Source: Thiocapsa sp. C3-3m (lineage in GTDB: Bacteria > Pseudomonadota > Gammaproteobacteria > Chromatiales > Chromatiaceae). Taken from it: a stretch of DNA of 64,000 nt. A program made the translations under genes and the position numbers. The stretch is from assembly GCF_041903755.1 (NCBI RefSeq), contig NZ_JBBWVE010000021.1:6167-70166 (forward strand), read 5' to 3'. Below are positions 18,206 to 28,098 of this stretch, piece by piece; positions within the stretch are counted from its first letter, which is position 1; every line of letters begins with the position of its first letter. A model generated the notes under the pieces. The model saw nothing but the letters and a program-made list of their open reading frames with translations, searched no databases and was not told the origin of the DNA.

Positions 18206-19945
18206 TCAGCGCTTCTTCGGCGGCAATAGATCCGTGATCGAGCCGTGCGCCATCTCGGCGGCGAGCCCGATGGTCTCGTTCAGGGTCGGGTGCGGATGGA
18301 TGGTCAGTCCGATGTCTTCCATGTCCGCACCCATCTCGAGCGCCAGAACCGTCTCGCCGATCAACTCGCCGGCGTTTGGGCCGACGATGCCCGCGCCCAA
18401 GATGCGTTTGGTCTCCGGATCGAAGAGCAACTTCGTCAGACCCTCGTCGCGATGGATGCCGAGCGCGCGACCGCTCGCGGCCCAGGGGAAGACGCCCTTC
18501 TCGTAGGCAATGCCCTTGGCCTTGGCGTCGGTCTCCGTGAGGCCCATCCAGGCGACCTCGGGGTCGGTGTAGGCGACCGACGGGATGGTCATAGGGTCGA
18601 AGAGGGCAGGCATACCGGCGATCACCTCGGCCGCGACTTTGGCCTCGTGGGTGGCCTTGTGGGCGAGCATCGGCCCGCCGACCACGTCGCCGATCGCGAA
18701 GATGTTCGGCACGTTGGTGCGCATGTGGGCATCGACCTTGATGAATCCGTGCTGATCGACCTTCACGCCGGCGGCCTCGGCATTGACCAGCTTGCCGTTC
18801 GGGCGTCGGCCGATGGCGACCAGGACCTTGTCGTAGATCTCCTCGCCCGGTTTCCTGCCCTCGAAGACCACCTTGATGCCTTCGGCTGTGGCGCTCATTT
18901 GCGCGACCTTGGTTTCGAGTCGGATGGTGCTGTAGCGCTTTTTGATCACCTTTTCGAGCGCGCGCACCAGATCGATGTCCGCCCCCGGCATTAACTGATC
19001 CTTCATCTCGACGACCTCGACGGTCGAGCCGAGTGCGCTGTAGACGCTCGCCATCTCAAGCCCGATGATGCCGCCGCCGACGATCAGGAGACGCGCGGGA
19101 ATGTCTGTGATCTCGAGCGCGTCGGTGGAGTCCATGACCCGCGGGTCGTCATGCGGAAAGCCCGGGATCTTCATGGGCGCAGAGCCGCAGGCGATGATGC
19201 AGTGGTCGAAGAGGATCCGCACCGGACCACTGGGTTGTGCCACGGCGATTCGGTTGGGCGCCTCGAAGCGACCGGTACCCTGGATCACCTCGACCCGACG
19301 TTGCTTCGCCATCGCCGCGAGACCACCGGTGAGCTTGGCGACCACCTGCTCCTTGCCGGCGCGCATCTTATCGAGATCGATCTCGGGCGTGCCGAAGGTC
19401 ACGCCCATGGTCCCGAGTGTCTTGACCTCTTCGAGGATGGCCGCCGTGTGCAGCAGAGCCTTCGAGGGGATACAGCCGACGTTCAAACAGACACCGCCGA
19501 GGGTGTCGTAGCGCTCGATCAGGACGACCTTCTTGCCGAGATCGGCGGCGCGGAAGGCGGCGGTGTAGCCGCCGGGGCCAGCACCGAGTACCACGACCTC
19601 GGTGACGATATCATGCGACGCGGCGGCAGGCGCGATGCTCGCGGATTCTTTCACCGTTTCTGCTCCGCCCGCCGTCTGTGCCGCCTTGATCTCAAGGGTC
19701 ATGATGCGCATGCCTTCCGAGATCCGATCGCCGACCGCGACCTCGACGCTGCGCACGATCCCGGCACGCGGCGCCGGGATCTCCATGCTCGCCTTGTCGC
19801 TCTCCAGCGTGATCAGCGACGCCTCTTCGATCACCGTGTCACCGGGAGAAACCAGGACCTCAATGACCTCCACGTCTTTGAAATCGCCGATGTCCGGTAC
19901 CTTGACCTCGATGACCTCGATGATGTCGCCGCTCTTGTCGTTCAT
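18206..19945 (-). CDS. lpdA: dihydrolipoyl dehydrogenase (E3) with N-terminal lipoyl domain
   Basis: Start MNDKSGD inside ORF 18206..20005. Lipoyl motif LITLESDKASMEIPAP, then GAGPGGYTAAFRAA FAD fold, redox-active CLNVGCIPSK, and C-terminal HAHPTLNE-type interface (HPHPTLNE). Confidence 0.9.
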   Translation of the reverse strand: MNDKSGDIIEVIEVKVPDIGDFKDVEVIEVLVSPGDTVIEEASLITLESDKASMEIPAPRAGIVRSVEVAVGDRISEGMRIMTLEIKAAQTAGGAETVKESASIAPAAASHDIVTEVVVLGAGPGGYTAAFRAADLGKKVVLIERYDTLGGVCLNVGCIPSKALLHTAAILEEVKTLGTMGVTFGTPEIDLDKMRAGKEQVVAKLTGGLAAMAKQRRVEVIQGTGRFEAPNRIAVAQPSGPVRILFDHCIIACGSAPMKIPGFPHDDPRVMDSTDALEITDIPARLLIVGGGIIGLEMASVYSALGSTVEVVEMKDQLMPGADIDLVRALEKVIKKRYSTIRLETKVAQMSATAEGIKVVFEGRKPGEEIYDKVLVAIGRRPNGKLVNAEAAGVKVDQHGFIKVDAHMRTNVPNIFAIGDVVGGPMLAHKATHEAKVAAEVIAGMPALFDPMTIPSVAYTDPEVAWMGLTETDAKAKGIAYEKGVFPWAASGRALGIHRDEGLTKLLFDPETKRILGAGIVGPNAGELIGETVLALEMGADMEDIGLTIHPHPTLNETIGLAAEMAHGSITDLLPPKKR

Positions 19946-20132
19946 GGTGTGATTCTTCTCTTGGGGCCGCAGAGGCCGCGCGATGATAATGTCGATAGCG
20001 CCCAATGCTAGACGAAAGCGTGTCGCGAGGCGAAACCCTCGGCCCTATTCACTGCATTGGATTCTGGCGCCGCGCTCGGGCATCGGAGTCCGGAGCCCCA
20101 AACGACGTGTCAGAATTAGGTTGAGCACCGAA

Positions 20133-20195
20133 TCTAATCGTGGTCGTTGTCGTTGTCGTTGTCGATTACGATTGCGACAACGACCACGACAACCC
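20133..20195. repeat. (GTCGTT)n / (AACGAC)n palindromic element
   Basis: CTAATCGTGGTCGTTGTCGTTGTCGTTGTCGATTACGATTGCGACAACGACCACGACAACC between aceF and lpdA. Same family as 37229..37302. Confidence 0.75.
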
Positions 20196-20297
20196 TGGCA
20201 AAGGTATTCTCTCGTCGAGTTGTTCTACTTACTCTTGAACCGTTCCTGAGCGAGGCGCCGGCACGTCCGCACGCCCGCCCCCGCCCCCGCGCCCGCC

Positions 20298-22049
20298 TCA
20301 CAGCAGGAGCTGACGAAGATCCCCGAGCAGCTCACCGAGCAGACTGGTGAAGCGCGCCCCTTCCGCGCCGTCGACGACACGGTGATCGTACGACAGCGAC
20401 AGCGGCAGCATCAGGCGTGGCTCGAAGCTCTGGCCGTTCCAGACCGGTTTGGTCGTCGCGCGCGAGACGCCGAGGATGGCGACCTCGGGAGCGTTCACGA
20501 TCGGCGTGAAGGCGGTGCCGCCGATGCCGCCGAGGCTGGAGATGGAGAAACAGCCGCCCTGCATGTCGCCGGGCAGCAGCTTGCCGGCGCGCGCCTTCTC
20601 ACCGAGCTCGGACAGCTCGGCGGCGAGGGCAAAGATGCCCTTCTTGTCGACGTCGCGCACGACCGGGACAACCAGACCCTGCGGCGTATCGACCGCCACC
20701 CCAATGTGGGTGAAGTGCTTGAGCACGAGACTCTCGCCGTCCGCCGTCAGCGACGCCTTGAGGACCGGCATTCGGTTCAGGGCGGTGGCGACCGCCTTGA
20801 GCAGGAAGGGGACGAAGGTCAGCTTGATGCCCTTCTCGGCGGCCTGCGCCTTCTGCGCCTTGCGGAAGTCTTCGAGCGAGGTGATGTCCGCCTCGTCGAA
20901 CTGCGTGACGTGCGGCACCGAGAGCCAGCAGCGGTGAAGATGCCGGCCGCTGAGCTTCTTGATGCGGGAGAGCTCGGTGAGCTCGATCGGGCCGAACTTG
21001 GCGAAATCGATCTCGGGCGCGGCGGGCAAGGCGAAGGGCAGGGCACCGCCGGCCCCGGTCGGGGCACCTTGCGCGAGTGATTGCTTGACGAAGCCCTGGA
21101 CGTCGTCCTTGAGCACGCGACCTTTCGGCCCCGACCCCTTGACGAAGGTCAGATCCACGCCGAGCTCACGCGCGAACCGTCTCACAGTGGGGCTCGCGTG
21201 CGCCTTGCGGCCCTTGGCGATGGCCGCCATGTCCTCCGGACGCGGTAATACCGGAGCGGGTCGGCGCTCGGATTCACCGGGCGCGCGTTTGGTGCTCGAT
21301 GCTGGGCCCGGCGGCGCCTCGAGCTCCTCGGCAGTGCTCGCGGCCATCGGCGCAGCCATCAGCGAGGCCGCCGGGATCGGCTTGCCGGTATCCACCGCTG
21401 CGTCGGTGCGCAAGGTCAGGATGAGATCCCCTTGGTTAAGGGTATCCCCGGCCGCGACGGCCAGCTCCTCGACGATCCCCGCGTTGGGTGAGGGGATCTC
21501 CATGGTCGCCTTGTCGCTCTCGAGCGTGAGGAGTGACTGGTCGACCTCGATGCGATCCCCCGGAGCAATCAGGACCTCGATCACCGGGATGTCCGTGAAA
21601 TCGCCGATGTCGGGCAGGACGACGGAGATGGTCTCGCCGCTGCTCGGCATACGCGGCGGGGTCGACTTCGGAGCCTGCGGCGATGCCGGAGCAGGGGCTG
21701 TCGGACGTGGTGTCGCGGGAACAGCGCCCGGCCCGCTCGCCTCGGGTTGCGCAGAGCGCCCATCGCCGGCTGAGGCATCCTTGGAGGGAGCCTCCTCGGA
21801 GCCAGCCCCATCGGTCTCAAGCGTCATCAGGAGATCCCCCTGACTGACCCGATCGCCGACCTTGACCTTCAACGCTCGGATCACCCCCGCCAGCGGCGCG
21901 GGGATCTCGATAGTCGCCTTGTCGCTCTCCAGACTGAGGATCGATTGCTCGGCCTCGATCCGGTCACCCGGCGCGACGAGGATCTCGATCACCTCGACGT
22001 CCGAGAAATCCCCGATGTCCGGCAGCAGAATGTCTTCGACGGTTGCCAC
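20298..22049 (-). CDS. aceF: dihydrolipoamide acetyltransferase (E2) with two lipoyl domains
   Basis: GTG at 22049 preceded by GAGGGAGGA. Two LESDKATxEIP lipoyl motifs, an E3-binding region (ASPTVRRFARELGVDL), and a catalytic tail LSLSYDHRVVDGAEGARF. Confidence 0.9.
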   Translation of the reverse strand: MATVEDILLPDIGDFSDVEVIEILVAPGDRIEAEQSILSLESDKATIEIPAPLAGVIRALKVKVGDRVSQGDLLMTLETDGAGSEEAPSKDASAGDGRSAQPEASGPGAVPATPRPTAPAPASPQAPKSTPPRMPSSGETISVVLPDIGDFTDIPVIEVLIAPGDRIEVDQSLLTLESDKATMEIPSPNAGIVEELAVAAGDTLNQGDLILTLRTDAAVDTGKPIPAASLMAAPMAASTAEELEAPPGPASSTKRAPGESERRPAPVLPRPEDMAAIAKGRKAHASPTVRRFARELGVDLTFVKGSGPKGRVLKDDVQGFVKQSLAQGAPTGAGGALPFALPAAPEIDFAKFGPIELTELSRIKKLSGRHLHRCWLSVPHVTQFDEADITSLEDFRKAQKAQAAEKGIKLTFVPFLLKAVATALNRMPVLKASLTADGESLVLKHFTHIGVAVDTPQGLVVPVVRDVDKKGIFALAAELSELGEKARAGKLLPGDMQGGCFSISSLGGIGGTAFTPIVNAPEVAILGVSRATTKPVWNGQSFEPRLMLPLSLSYDHRVVDGAEGARFTSLLGELLGDLRQLLL

Positions 22050-22167
22050 GCTCTGTCCTCCCTCAACCGCGTCCGGGGCGATCACACCAGATCCCTGTGT
22101 TGCGCCGCTCGGCTTGACCCGAGCGCTTCGTCCCGGACGCGGTCCAGTCATCGATAGATAAGTTTCC

Positions 22168-22273
22168 TAAACCCCGTCGACCGAGCCCTTCTTTGGTGCT
22201 TCGTCGTCGGTCGACTTGCCGTATCACCGCATGGGATGACGGACGCGGTTTAGCGCGGTTTAGCGCGGTTCAG
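22168..22273. repeat. TAAACCCCGTC / GACGCGGTTTA element followed by a 10-bp tandem (TAGCGCGGTT)
   Basis: Read directly between aceE and aceF. The last unit (GCGCGGTTCA) contains the aceE stop codon on the minus strand. Confidence 0.65.
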
Positions 22274-24924
22274 ATCGTCACCGGGTTGGGTTTTTCCGGG
22301 TCGATACGGTATTTCCGAATCGCCTCGGAGACCGTCGCGGTCGGGATCTCGCCCTCGTCCGCCAATGCCTTCAGGGCGGCGACGACGATGTAGTAACGAT
22401 TCACCTCGAAGAACTTTCGCAGCTGGCTGCGCATATCGCTGCGCCCGAAGCCGTCAGTTCCGAGTACCAGGTAGTGGCGTGGGATGTAGGGGCGGATCTG
22501 GTCGGCGTAGGTCCGGACATAGTCGGTGGCGGCGATGATCGGGCCTTGGGTCCCGGCCAGTTGCTCCTCGACATAGGTGGTGCGTTGGGGCTGGTCGGGG
22601 TGGAGCATGTTCCAGCGCTCCACGTCGATGCCTTCGCGCCGCAGCTCGTTGAAGCTGGTGACGCTCCAGACATCGGCGCCGACGTTGAAGTCCTTGGCGA
22701 GCAGCTCGGCCGCGGCCAAGACCTCGCGCAGGATGGTTCCGGCACCGAGCAGCTGAACCCGATGGGTGTGCTCCTCGCCCTGATGGACCGGATACATCCC
22801 CTTGAGGATCCCGGAAGCGGCGCCCTCGGGAAGCGCCGGTTGGACGTAGTTCTCGTTCATCGCCGTGACGTAGTAGAAGACGCTTTCCTTCTCCCGATAC
22901 ATCCGGCGTAGGCCGTCCTGGATAATGACGGCGAGCTCGTAGGCGTAGGCTGGGTCGTAGGCGACACAGTTCGGGATGGTCGCGGCGACCACCATGCTGT
23001 GGCCGTCTTGATGCTGCAGGCCCTCGCCGGCGAGCGTGGTGCGTCCGGCGGTGCCGCCGATCAGGAAGCCGCGGGCCTGCATGTCGCCCGCCGCCCAGGC
23101 CAGGTCGCCGATGCGCTGGAACCCGAACATGGAGTAGTAGATGTAGAAGGGGATCATGCTCTGGCCGTGGTTCGCATAGGCGGTGGCCGCCGCGATCCAG
23201 GACGACATGGCGCCCGCCTCGTTGATGCCTTCCTGCAGGATCTGACCCTTCTTATCCTCACGGTAGTACATGACCTGATCGGCATCGACCGGCTCGTAAA
23301 GCTGGCCGATCGAGGAGTAGATGCCGAGCTGGCGGAACATGCCCTCCATGCCGAAGGTGCGCGCCTCGTCCGGAACAATGGGGACCAGGTACTTGCCGAT
23401 CGCCTTGTCGCGCACCAGGATGGTGAGGATGCGCACCATCGCCATGGTGGTCGACATCTCCTTGTCTCCGCTGCCTTCCAGGAGCGGTTTGAAGGCATCC
23501 AGCTCGGGGATCGGCAGCACCGCGGCATCGTCGCGACGCAACGGCAGGAAGCCGCCGAGCCGCTCGCGGACCTCGTGCATATACTGCATCTCGGGGCTGT
23601 CCTGCGGCGGCTTGTAGAAGGGCGCGGCGCCGATCTGGTCGTCCGAGATCGGAATATTGAAGCGGTCGCGGAAGGCTTTGAGGTGCGTCTCGCCCATCTT
23701 CTTTTGCGAGTGGGTGATGTTCATGCCCTCGCCGGCCACACCCATGCCGTAGCCCTTGACGGTCTTGGCCAGGATCACCGTCGGCTTGCCGTTCATGCGC
23801 ATGGCCGCGTCGTAAGCCGCATAGACCTTGACCGGATCATGACCGCCGCGATTGAGGCGCCAGATGTCCTCGTCGGTCATATTGGCGACCAGGTCTTTGA
23901 GCTCGGCATACTTGCCGAAGAAATGCTCGCGGGTGTAGGCGCCGCCCTTGGCTTTGTAAGCCTGATAGTCGCCGTCGAGACATTCCTCCATGCGCTTGAG
24001 CAGGAGACCCTGCTTGTCGCGGGCGAACAAGGGGTCCCAATAGCTCCCCCAGACGACCTTGATGACGTTCCAGCCGGCTCCGCGAAAGACCGCTTCGAGC
24101 TCCTGGATGATCTTGCCGTTGCCGCGCACCGGACCGTCGAGACGCTGCAGGTTGCAGTTGACCACGAACACCAGGTTGTCGAGGCGTTCGCGCGCCGCCA
24201 GGGAGATGGCGCCCAGCGATTCGGGCTCGTCCATCTCGCCGTCGCCCAGAAAGGCCCAGACCTTACGCTCGCTCGTGTTGACCAGCTCCCGGTCGTTCAG
24301 ATAGCGCATGAAGCGCGCCTGGTAGATGGCCATCAGCGGACCCAACCCCATCGAGACGGTCGGGAACTGCCAGAAGTTGGGCATCAACCAAGGGTGCGGA
24401 TAGGAGGACAGGCCGTTGCCGTCGACCTCTTGGCGGAAGTTGTAGAGCTGCTCCTCGCTGATGCGTCCCTCCAGAAACGCTCGGGCATAGATGCCGGGCG
24501 CCGCGTGGCCCTGGAAGAAGATGAGATCACCGCCGTGGTCCTTGTCGCGCGCACGGAAGAAGTGGTTGTAGCCCACGTCGACCAGGGTCGCGGAGGAGGC
24601 GAAGCTCGAGATGTGACCCCCAAGCTCGGTGGAGAGCCGGTTCGCCTGCACCACCATGGCCATCGCGTTCCAGCGCACGAAGGAGCGGATGCGTCGCTCC
24701 ATCGCGCGATCGCCGGGGAAGCGTTCCTGCTGCTGCACCGGAATGGTGTTCACGTAGGCGGTGTTGGCGGTGAACGGGAGATAGGCCCCCGAGCGGCGCG
24801 CCTTGTCGATCAGTCGCTCGAGCAAAAAATGGGCGCGCTCGACGCCTTCGTTCTCGAGCACGGCATCGAGCGAATCGAGCCATTCCTGTGTCTCTTGGGG
24901 ATCGATATCGGGCTTGTTGGTCAT
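22270..24924 (-). CDS. aceE: pyruvate dehydrogenase E1 component (homodimeric type)
   Basis: Start MTNKPDIDPQETQEWLDSLDAVL inside ORF 22270..24969. 884 aa, collinear with AceE (GGHISSFASSATL, GDGEMDEPES ThDP motif). Confidence 0.95.
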   Translation of the reverse strand: MTNKPDIDPQETQEWLDSLDAVLENEGVERAHFLLERLIDKARRSGAYLPFTANTAYVNTIPVQQQERFPGDRAMERRIRSFVRWNAMAMVVQANRLSTELGGHISSFASSATLVDVGYNHFFRARDKDHGGDLIFFQGHAAPGIYARAFLEGRISEEQLYNFRQEVDGNGLSSYPHPWLMPNFWQFPTVSMGLGPLMAIYQARFMRYLNDRELVNTSERKVWAFLGDGEMDEPESLGAISLAARERLDNLVFVVNCNLQRLDGPVRGNGKIIQELEAVFRGAGWNVIKVVWGSYWDPLFARDKQGLLLKRMEECLDGDYQAYKAKGGAYTREHFFGKYAELKDLVANMTDEDIWRLNRGGHDPVKVYAAYDAAMRMNGKPTVILAKTVKGYGMGVAGEGMNITHSQKKMGETHLKAFRDRFNIPISDDQIGAAPFYKPPQDSPEMQYMHEVRERLGGFLPLRRDDAAVLPIPELDAFKPLLEGSGDKEMSTTMAMVRILTILVRDKAIGKYLVPIVPDEARTFGMEGMFRQLGIYSSIGQLYEPVDADQVMYYREDKKGQILQEGINEAGAMSSWIAAATAYANHGQSMIPFYIYYSMFGFQRIGDLAWAAGDMQARGFLIGGTAGRTTLAGEGLQHQDGHSMVVAATIPNCVAYDPAYAYELAVIIQDGLRRMYREKESVFYYVTAMNENYVQPALPEGAASGILKGMYPVHQGEEHTHRVQLLGAGTILREVLAAAELLAKDFNVGADVWSVTSFNELRREGIDVERWNMLHPDQPQRTTYVEEQLAGTQGPIIAATDYVRTYADQIRPYIPRHYLVLGTDGFGRSDMRSQLRKFFEVNRYYIVVAALKALADEGEIPTATVSEAIRKYRIDPEKPNPVTI

Positions 24925-25086
24925 GATGTTTCCCGGAAGCGGTCGAAGCGGTCGGCACGGGCAAAGCACGGAGTATATCAGCGCTCGAAGTTTGCAATGG
25001 TTAGAATTCGGGCGGTCAATGTATGCCGGGCGAGGGTGTTAGCCTCCAGCCCTTAGGCCTTAGCTTTTTACCTTTAACCTTTGGGG

Positions 25087-25322
25087 TCAAAGCTCATTCG
25101 GGTAAAAATCGAAATCGAGGATCCGGTCGATCGCGTAGGGGCACGTCTGGGGGAAGCGCTCGGGGTTCAATAGGGTCTCCCGCACGGCGATGTCGACGGC
25201 GTCGGGGTAGGCATCCTCGACGGCCTCCGGCACGAATGGCTTCACGCTGGGGCTTGACTGGATCTGACGCTGAATCTGTTTGCGTGGAAATCGGTCTTGT
25301 AGAGATCGGAGAGTGCAGTCAT
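25087..25322 (-). pseudogene. DUF29-family gene remnant (internal deletion plus frameshift)
   Basis: MTALSDLYKTDFHA (the DUF29 N-terminal LYxxDF signature) runs into a stop. A shifted frame gives KQIQRQIQSSPSVKPFVPEAVEDAYPDAVDIAVRETLLNPERFPQTCPYAIDRILDFDFYPNEL, the DUF29 C-terminus. About 78 codons in total versus about 150 expected. Confidence 0.45.
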
Positions 25323-25465
25323 CGCGGTGTCCTCATCTCTGGGAGCGCGTTCTCGCGGCTGTAGGGCGCGGCGGTCAGAAGGATAGATTTCGTCGCCGTT
25401 CGCGTGCAATCGCAGGATGTGCCCGAACGACGGGCCTCCTGTCGCGGTCCCCGCGGACTCTCGGC

Positions 25466-25687
25466 CTATCGAGCAATCGGCTCCTCGTCACTGCCGCGGC
25501 TGCCGACGCGCCGGTTGACCGCCTCCAGACAGGCGACGCAGAGACAGTCCCGGTAGTGCTCGCCGAGGTAGTCGAGCGTCTCGGGTGTCAAGGCAACACC
25601 GATGCAGCAGCACCGCTCGACCCGGTTGGCTTTGCATTCGAAGCTGGCTCCGCAGCGTGGGCAGGTCTTCGACTCATGTTTTCCCAT
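25466..25687 (-). CDS. cysteine-rich CWC-family small protein
   Basis: MGKHESKTCPRCGASFECKANRVERCCCIGVALTPETLDYLGEHYRDCLCVACL matches the Cys pattern of the CWC family. Confidence 0.6.
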   Translation of the reverse strand: MGKHESKTCPRCGASFECKANRVERCCCIGVALTPETLDYLGEHYRDCLCVACLEAVNRRVGSRGSDEEPIAR

Positions 25688-25881
25688 GGGTGTGCGTCTC
25701 GATCTCATCGTGATCGGCGACACGGTCGCCGATTAAGCATCCGGACTCAAGCGAACCGATTGCCGACCCGATTGACGTTGCGATCAGGAGGACTCCTGAG
25801 CTAGCCTCGGGCGTCCATCTGCCGGCCATCGCCCAAACATCCACTCAGGTATCCACAAGAACCCTGCAGTCAAGATCCCGC

Positions 25882-27081
25882 ATGCTGCTCGAAGACACCG
25901 ACCGCTATTGTCTGCATCGCGAGGGTCGCTACCTGTTTGCGGCCTTCGAACGTGCGCATCGCGTCATCAGTACCTGTCGCGTCAACGGCGGGATGTCCGA
26001 GTCGCTGACCCACCTCGCGAACCATCAGAGCTGCGAGGGTGTCGCTCATCTGGTGCGCTACGAGACGGTCCTGGGTCTCGGCGCCCGAGATTATCACGGA
26101 CGGACCTGCTCCGAGGCCGGGCTTCCGCCCGAGACGACGGCCCTCATGGGGACCGCCGCCAATATGCAGTGTGCGGTCGTGGCGCACGCAGATGCGGAGG
26201 ATCTTCGGGTGACGGTGGTGGCCACCGCCGGGGTGACCGGCAACGCCGTCCGAGCGGGTGATACGGCCGCTTGGCACGAGGAGGCCGACGGCAGTCGTCC
26301 CGCACGTCGCGGGTGTTCAGCGGAAATGGCGGGGCAGACCGGATTCGCGCGTCCGACCGCCGGCGATACACCGCCCAACGATTCAGGCTCGGGAACAATC
26401 GTCACCCTGGTCCTGATCAATCGGCCCTGCACGCCCGCGTGCTTGGTGCGCGCGGCGACCATGGTCACGGAGGCGAAAAGCACGGCTCTGCTCGACCTGC
26501 GGATGCCGAGCCTCCAGTCGCCGTGTCTCGCGACCGGCACCGGAACCGATCAGCTTGCCATCGCCGCCCCGCTGGCGCGCGAGGCCGAGTGGGAGCGGCA
26601 CTGGGCGGGCGGTCACAACACCCTGGGCGAGCTGCTCGGGCGGGCGACGCATGACGCCGTCACCCGCTGTCTGCTGCTGCAGAACGGTATCGTTCCCGAG
26701 CTTAGGCGGACCATCTGTGCGGCGCTGGGTCGCTTCGGTTGCGACGAGGCGGCGCTGCGGGCCTGCGCTGAGTCCGAGCTGGATGCGCCGGGCGCGGCCG
26801 TCTTCGCCGCGAATCTCCAGGCCATCATTCATGATCCGCACAGCGCCGCAGCCGCCTATGGTCTGGCCGAGATCCTGGATCTGGTGCGCACCGGGGTGCT
26901 GCATGCCGAGGTCGCGCGCGAGGCGATCCTGAACCAGGCGGCGTTGCTCGGGGCGGCCGTCGCGGTCAAGCCCGAGCGGTTCCTCGCGCTGCGTGCGGAG
27001 CTGGCGCCGCATCAAGGGTTGCCGGACGGGCGCTTGGCCGCGCTCGCCGTCGTGCGGGGGTTTGCGTACAAATGGGACTGA
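25882..27081 (+). CDS. adenosylcobinamide amidohydrolase (CbiZ)-like protein with long C-terminal extension
   Basis: VISTCRVNGGMSES...TALMGTAANMQC...VVATAGVTGNAVRAGD...GTIVTLVLINRPCTPACLVRAATMVTEAKSTALLDL resembles CbiZ. It overlaps cbiB by 10 nt. Confidence 0.6.
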   Translation: MLLEDTDRYCLHREGRYLFAAFERAHRVISTCRVNGGMSESLTHLANHQSCEGVAHLVRYETVLGLGARDYHGRTCSEAGLPPETTALMGTAANMQCAVVAHADAEDLRVTVVATAGVTGNAVRAGDTAAWHEEADGSRPARRGCSAEMAGQTGFARPTAGDTPPNDSGSGTIVTLVLINRPCTPACLVRAATMVTEAKSTALLDLRMPSLQSPCLATGTGTDQLAIAAPLAREAEWERHWAGGHNTLGELLGRATHDAVTRCLLLQNGIVPELRRTICAALGRFGCDEAALRACAESELDAPGAAVFAANLQAIIHDPHSAAAAYGLAEILDLVRTGVLHAEVAREAILNQAALLGAAVAVKPERFLALRAELAPHQGLPDGRLAALAVVRGFAYKWD

Positions 27082-28037
27082 CCGAGCATCTCGCACTCGT
27101 CCTCGCGGCCTGTCTCCTGGACGCCTTGATCGGCGATCCCGTCTATCGTTTCCATCCCATTCGGATCATCGGGGCCTGGAGTCTCGGCTTGGAGCGTCTC
27201 TTGTTTGCCGTCGGTCTGAAGGGGCGTGCCGGCGGCGTCCTGCATTGGCTGCTGGTGGTCGGGGGCGCGCTGGCGGCCTGGTGGGGCGTTCGATCCACGC
27301 TCGGCGTCGTCCACCCGTGGGTGGCCTTTGCCTGGGATGTCTTCATCGCCTACAGCCTGATCTGCCCCCGTGATCTCCTGGATCACGGACGCCGGGTGCT
27401 CGTGGCGCTCGACGATCTCCCGCGGGCCCGCGCGCGGCTGCGGATGCTGGTCGGTCGCGATACCGACCAATTGGAGCGCGACGGCATCGTCCGCGCGACC
27501 ATCGAAAGCCTCTCGGAGAATCTGACCGACGGGGTCCTGACGCCCTTGTGGGCGCTGTGTCTCTTCGGTCTGCCGGGTCTGATCCTGGTGAAGGCCGTGT
27601 CGAGCCTGGATTCGATGGTCGGCTACAAGAACGAACGCTACCGCCGTTTCGGCTGGGCCGCGGCGCGCTCGGACGATCTCGTCCATTGGATCCCGGCAAG
27701 GCTCTCGGTCCCCTTGATCGCGGCCGCGGCGGCAGTGCTCAAGCTGCACCCGCAGCTGGTCTTTCGTGCCGCGTCCGACTATCACGCCATGCTTCCCAGC
27801 CCGAACTCCGGCTGGAGCGAGGCCGCCTGCGCCGGCGCGCTGCGGGTCCGCCTGGTCGGTCCGATTCGCTACGGGGGGATGCTCGTTACCGAAGATTATA
27901 TGGGCGATCCCGATTGGCCGGCCGATCTCGGGGCAGGGGACCTCGAGCGCGCGCTGCGCCTGATCCGGGTCGCCTGCCTCTTCGCACTCCTCGTCGGTCT
28001 GGCCATTGTGCCTCTGCGCACCGTTCTGCCATGGTGA
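27072..28037 (+). CDS. cbiB: adenosylcobinamide-phosphate synthase CbiB/CobD
   Basis: 321 aa membrane protein. LDALIGDPVYRFHPIRIIG, LVGRDTDQL, ATIESLSENLTDGVLTPLW, SMVGYKNERY and PNSGWSEAACAGAL are typical CbiB blocks. Confidence 0.88.
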   Translation: MGLTEHLALVLAACLLDALIGDPVYRFHPIRIIGAWSLGLERLLFAVGLKGRAGGVLHWLLVVGGALAAWWGVRSTLGVVHPWVAFAWDVFIAYSLICPRDLLDHGRRVLVALDDLPRARARLRMLVGRDTDQLERDGIVRATIESLSENLTDGVLTPLWALCLFGLPGLILVKAVSSLDSMVGYKNERYRRFGWAAARSDDLVHWIPARLSVPLIAAAAAVLKLHPQLVFRAASDYHAMLPSPNSGWSEAACAGALRVRLVGPIRYGGMLVTEDYMGDPDWPADLGAGDLERALRLIRVACLFALLVGLAIVPLRTVLPW

Positions 28038-28098
28038 GCTGCCGATGATCGGCTCCCTCGGAGTCCAATCCAGTCAATGTCCGCGTCTCGAGGTTCTC

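Noticed and set aside
19980-20110. Apparent 1-nt disagreement between my manual base counting and the ORF-track coordinates
   Set aside because: This is most likely my own reading error in a homopolymer (CCCCAAAA near 20095-20102), not a real feature. CDS coordinates were therefore anchored on the ORF track.
22999-25056. 685-aa ORF antisense to aceE
   Set aside because: Shadow ORF. aceE on the minus strand aligns end to end with E1 proteins.
25724-25881. Possible cobalamin riboswitch upstream of cbiZ-like/cbiB
   Set aside because: I could not find a B12-box-like element or the conserved core by eye. An Infernal scan with the cobalamin riboswitch covariance model (Rfam) would be decisive.
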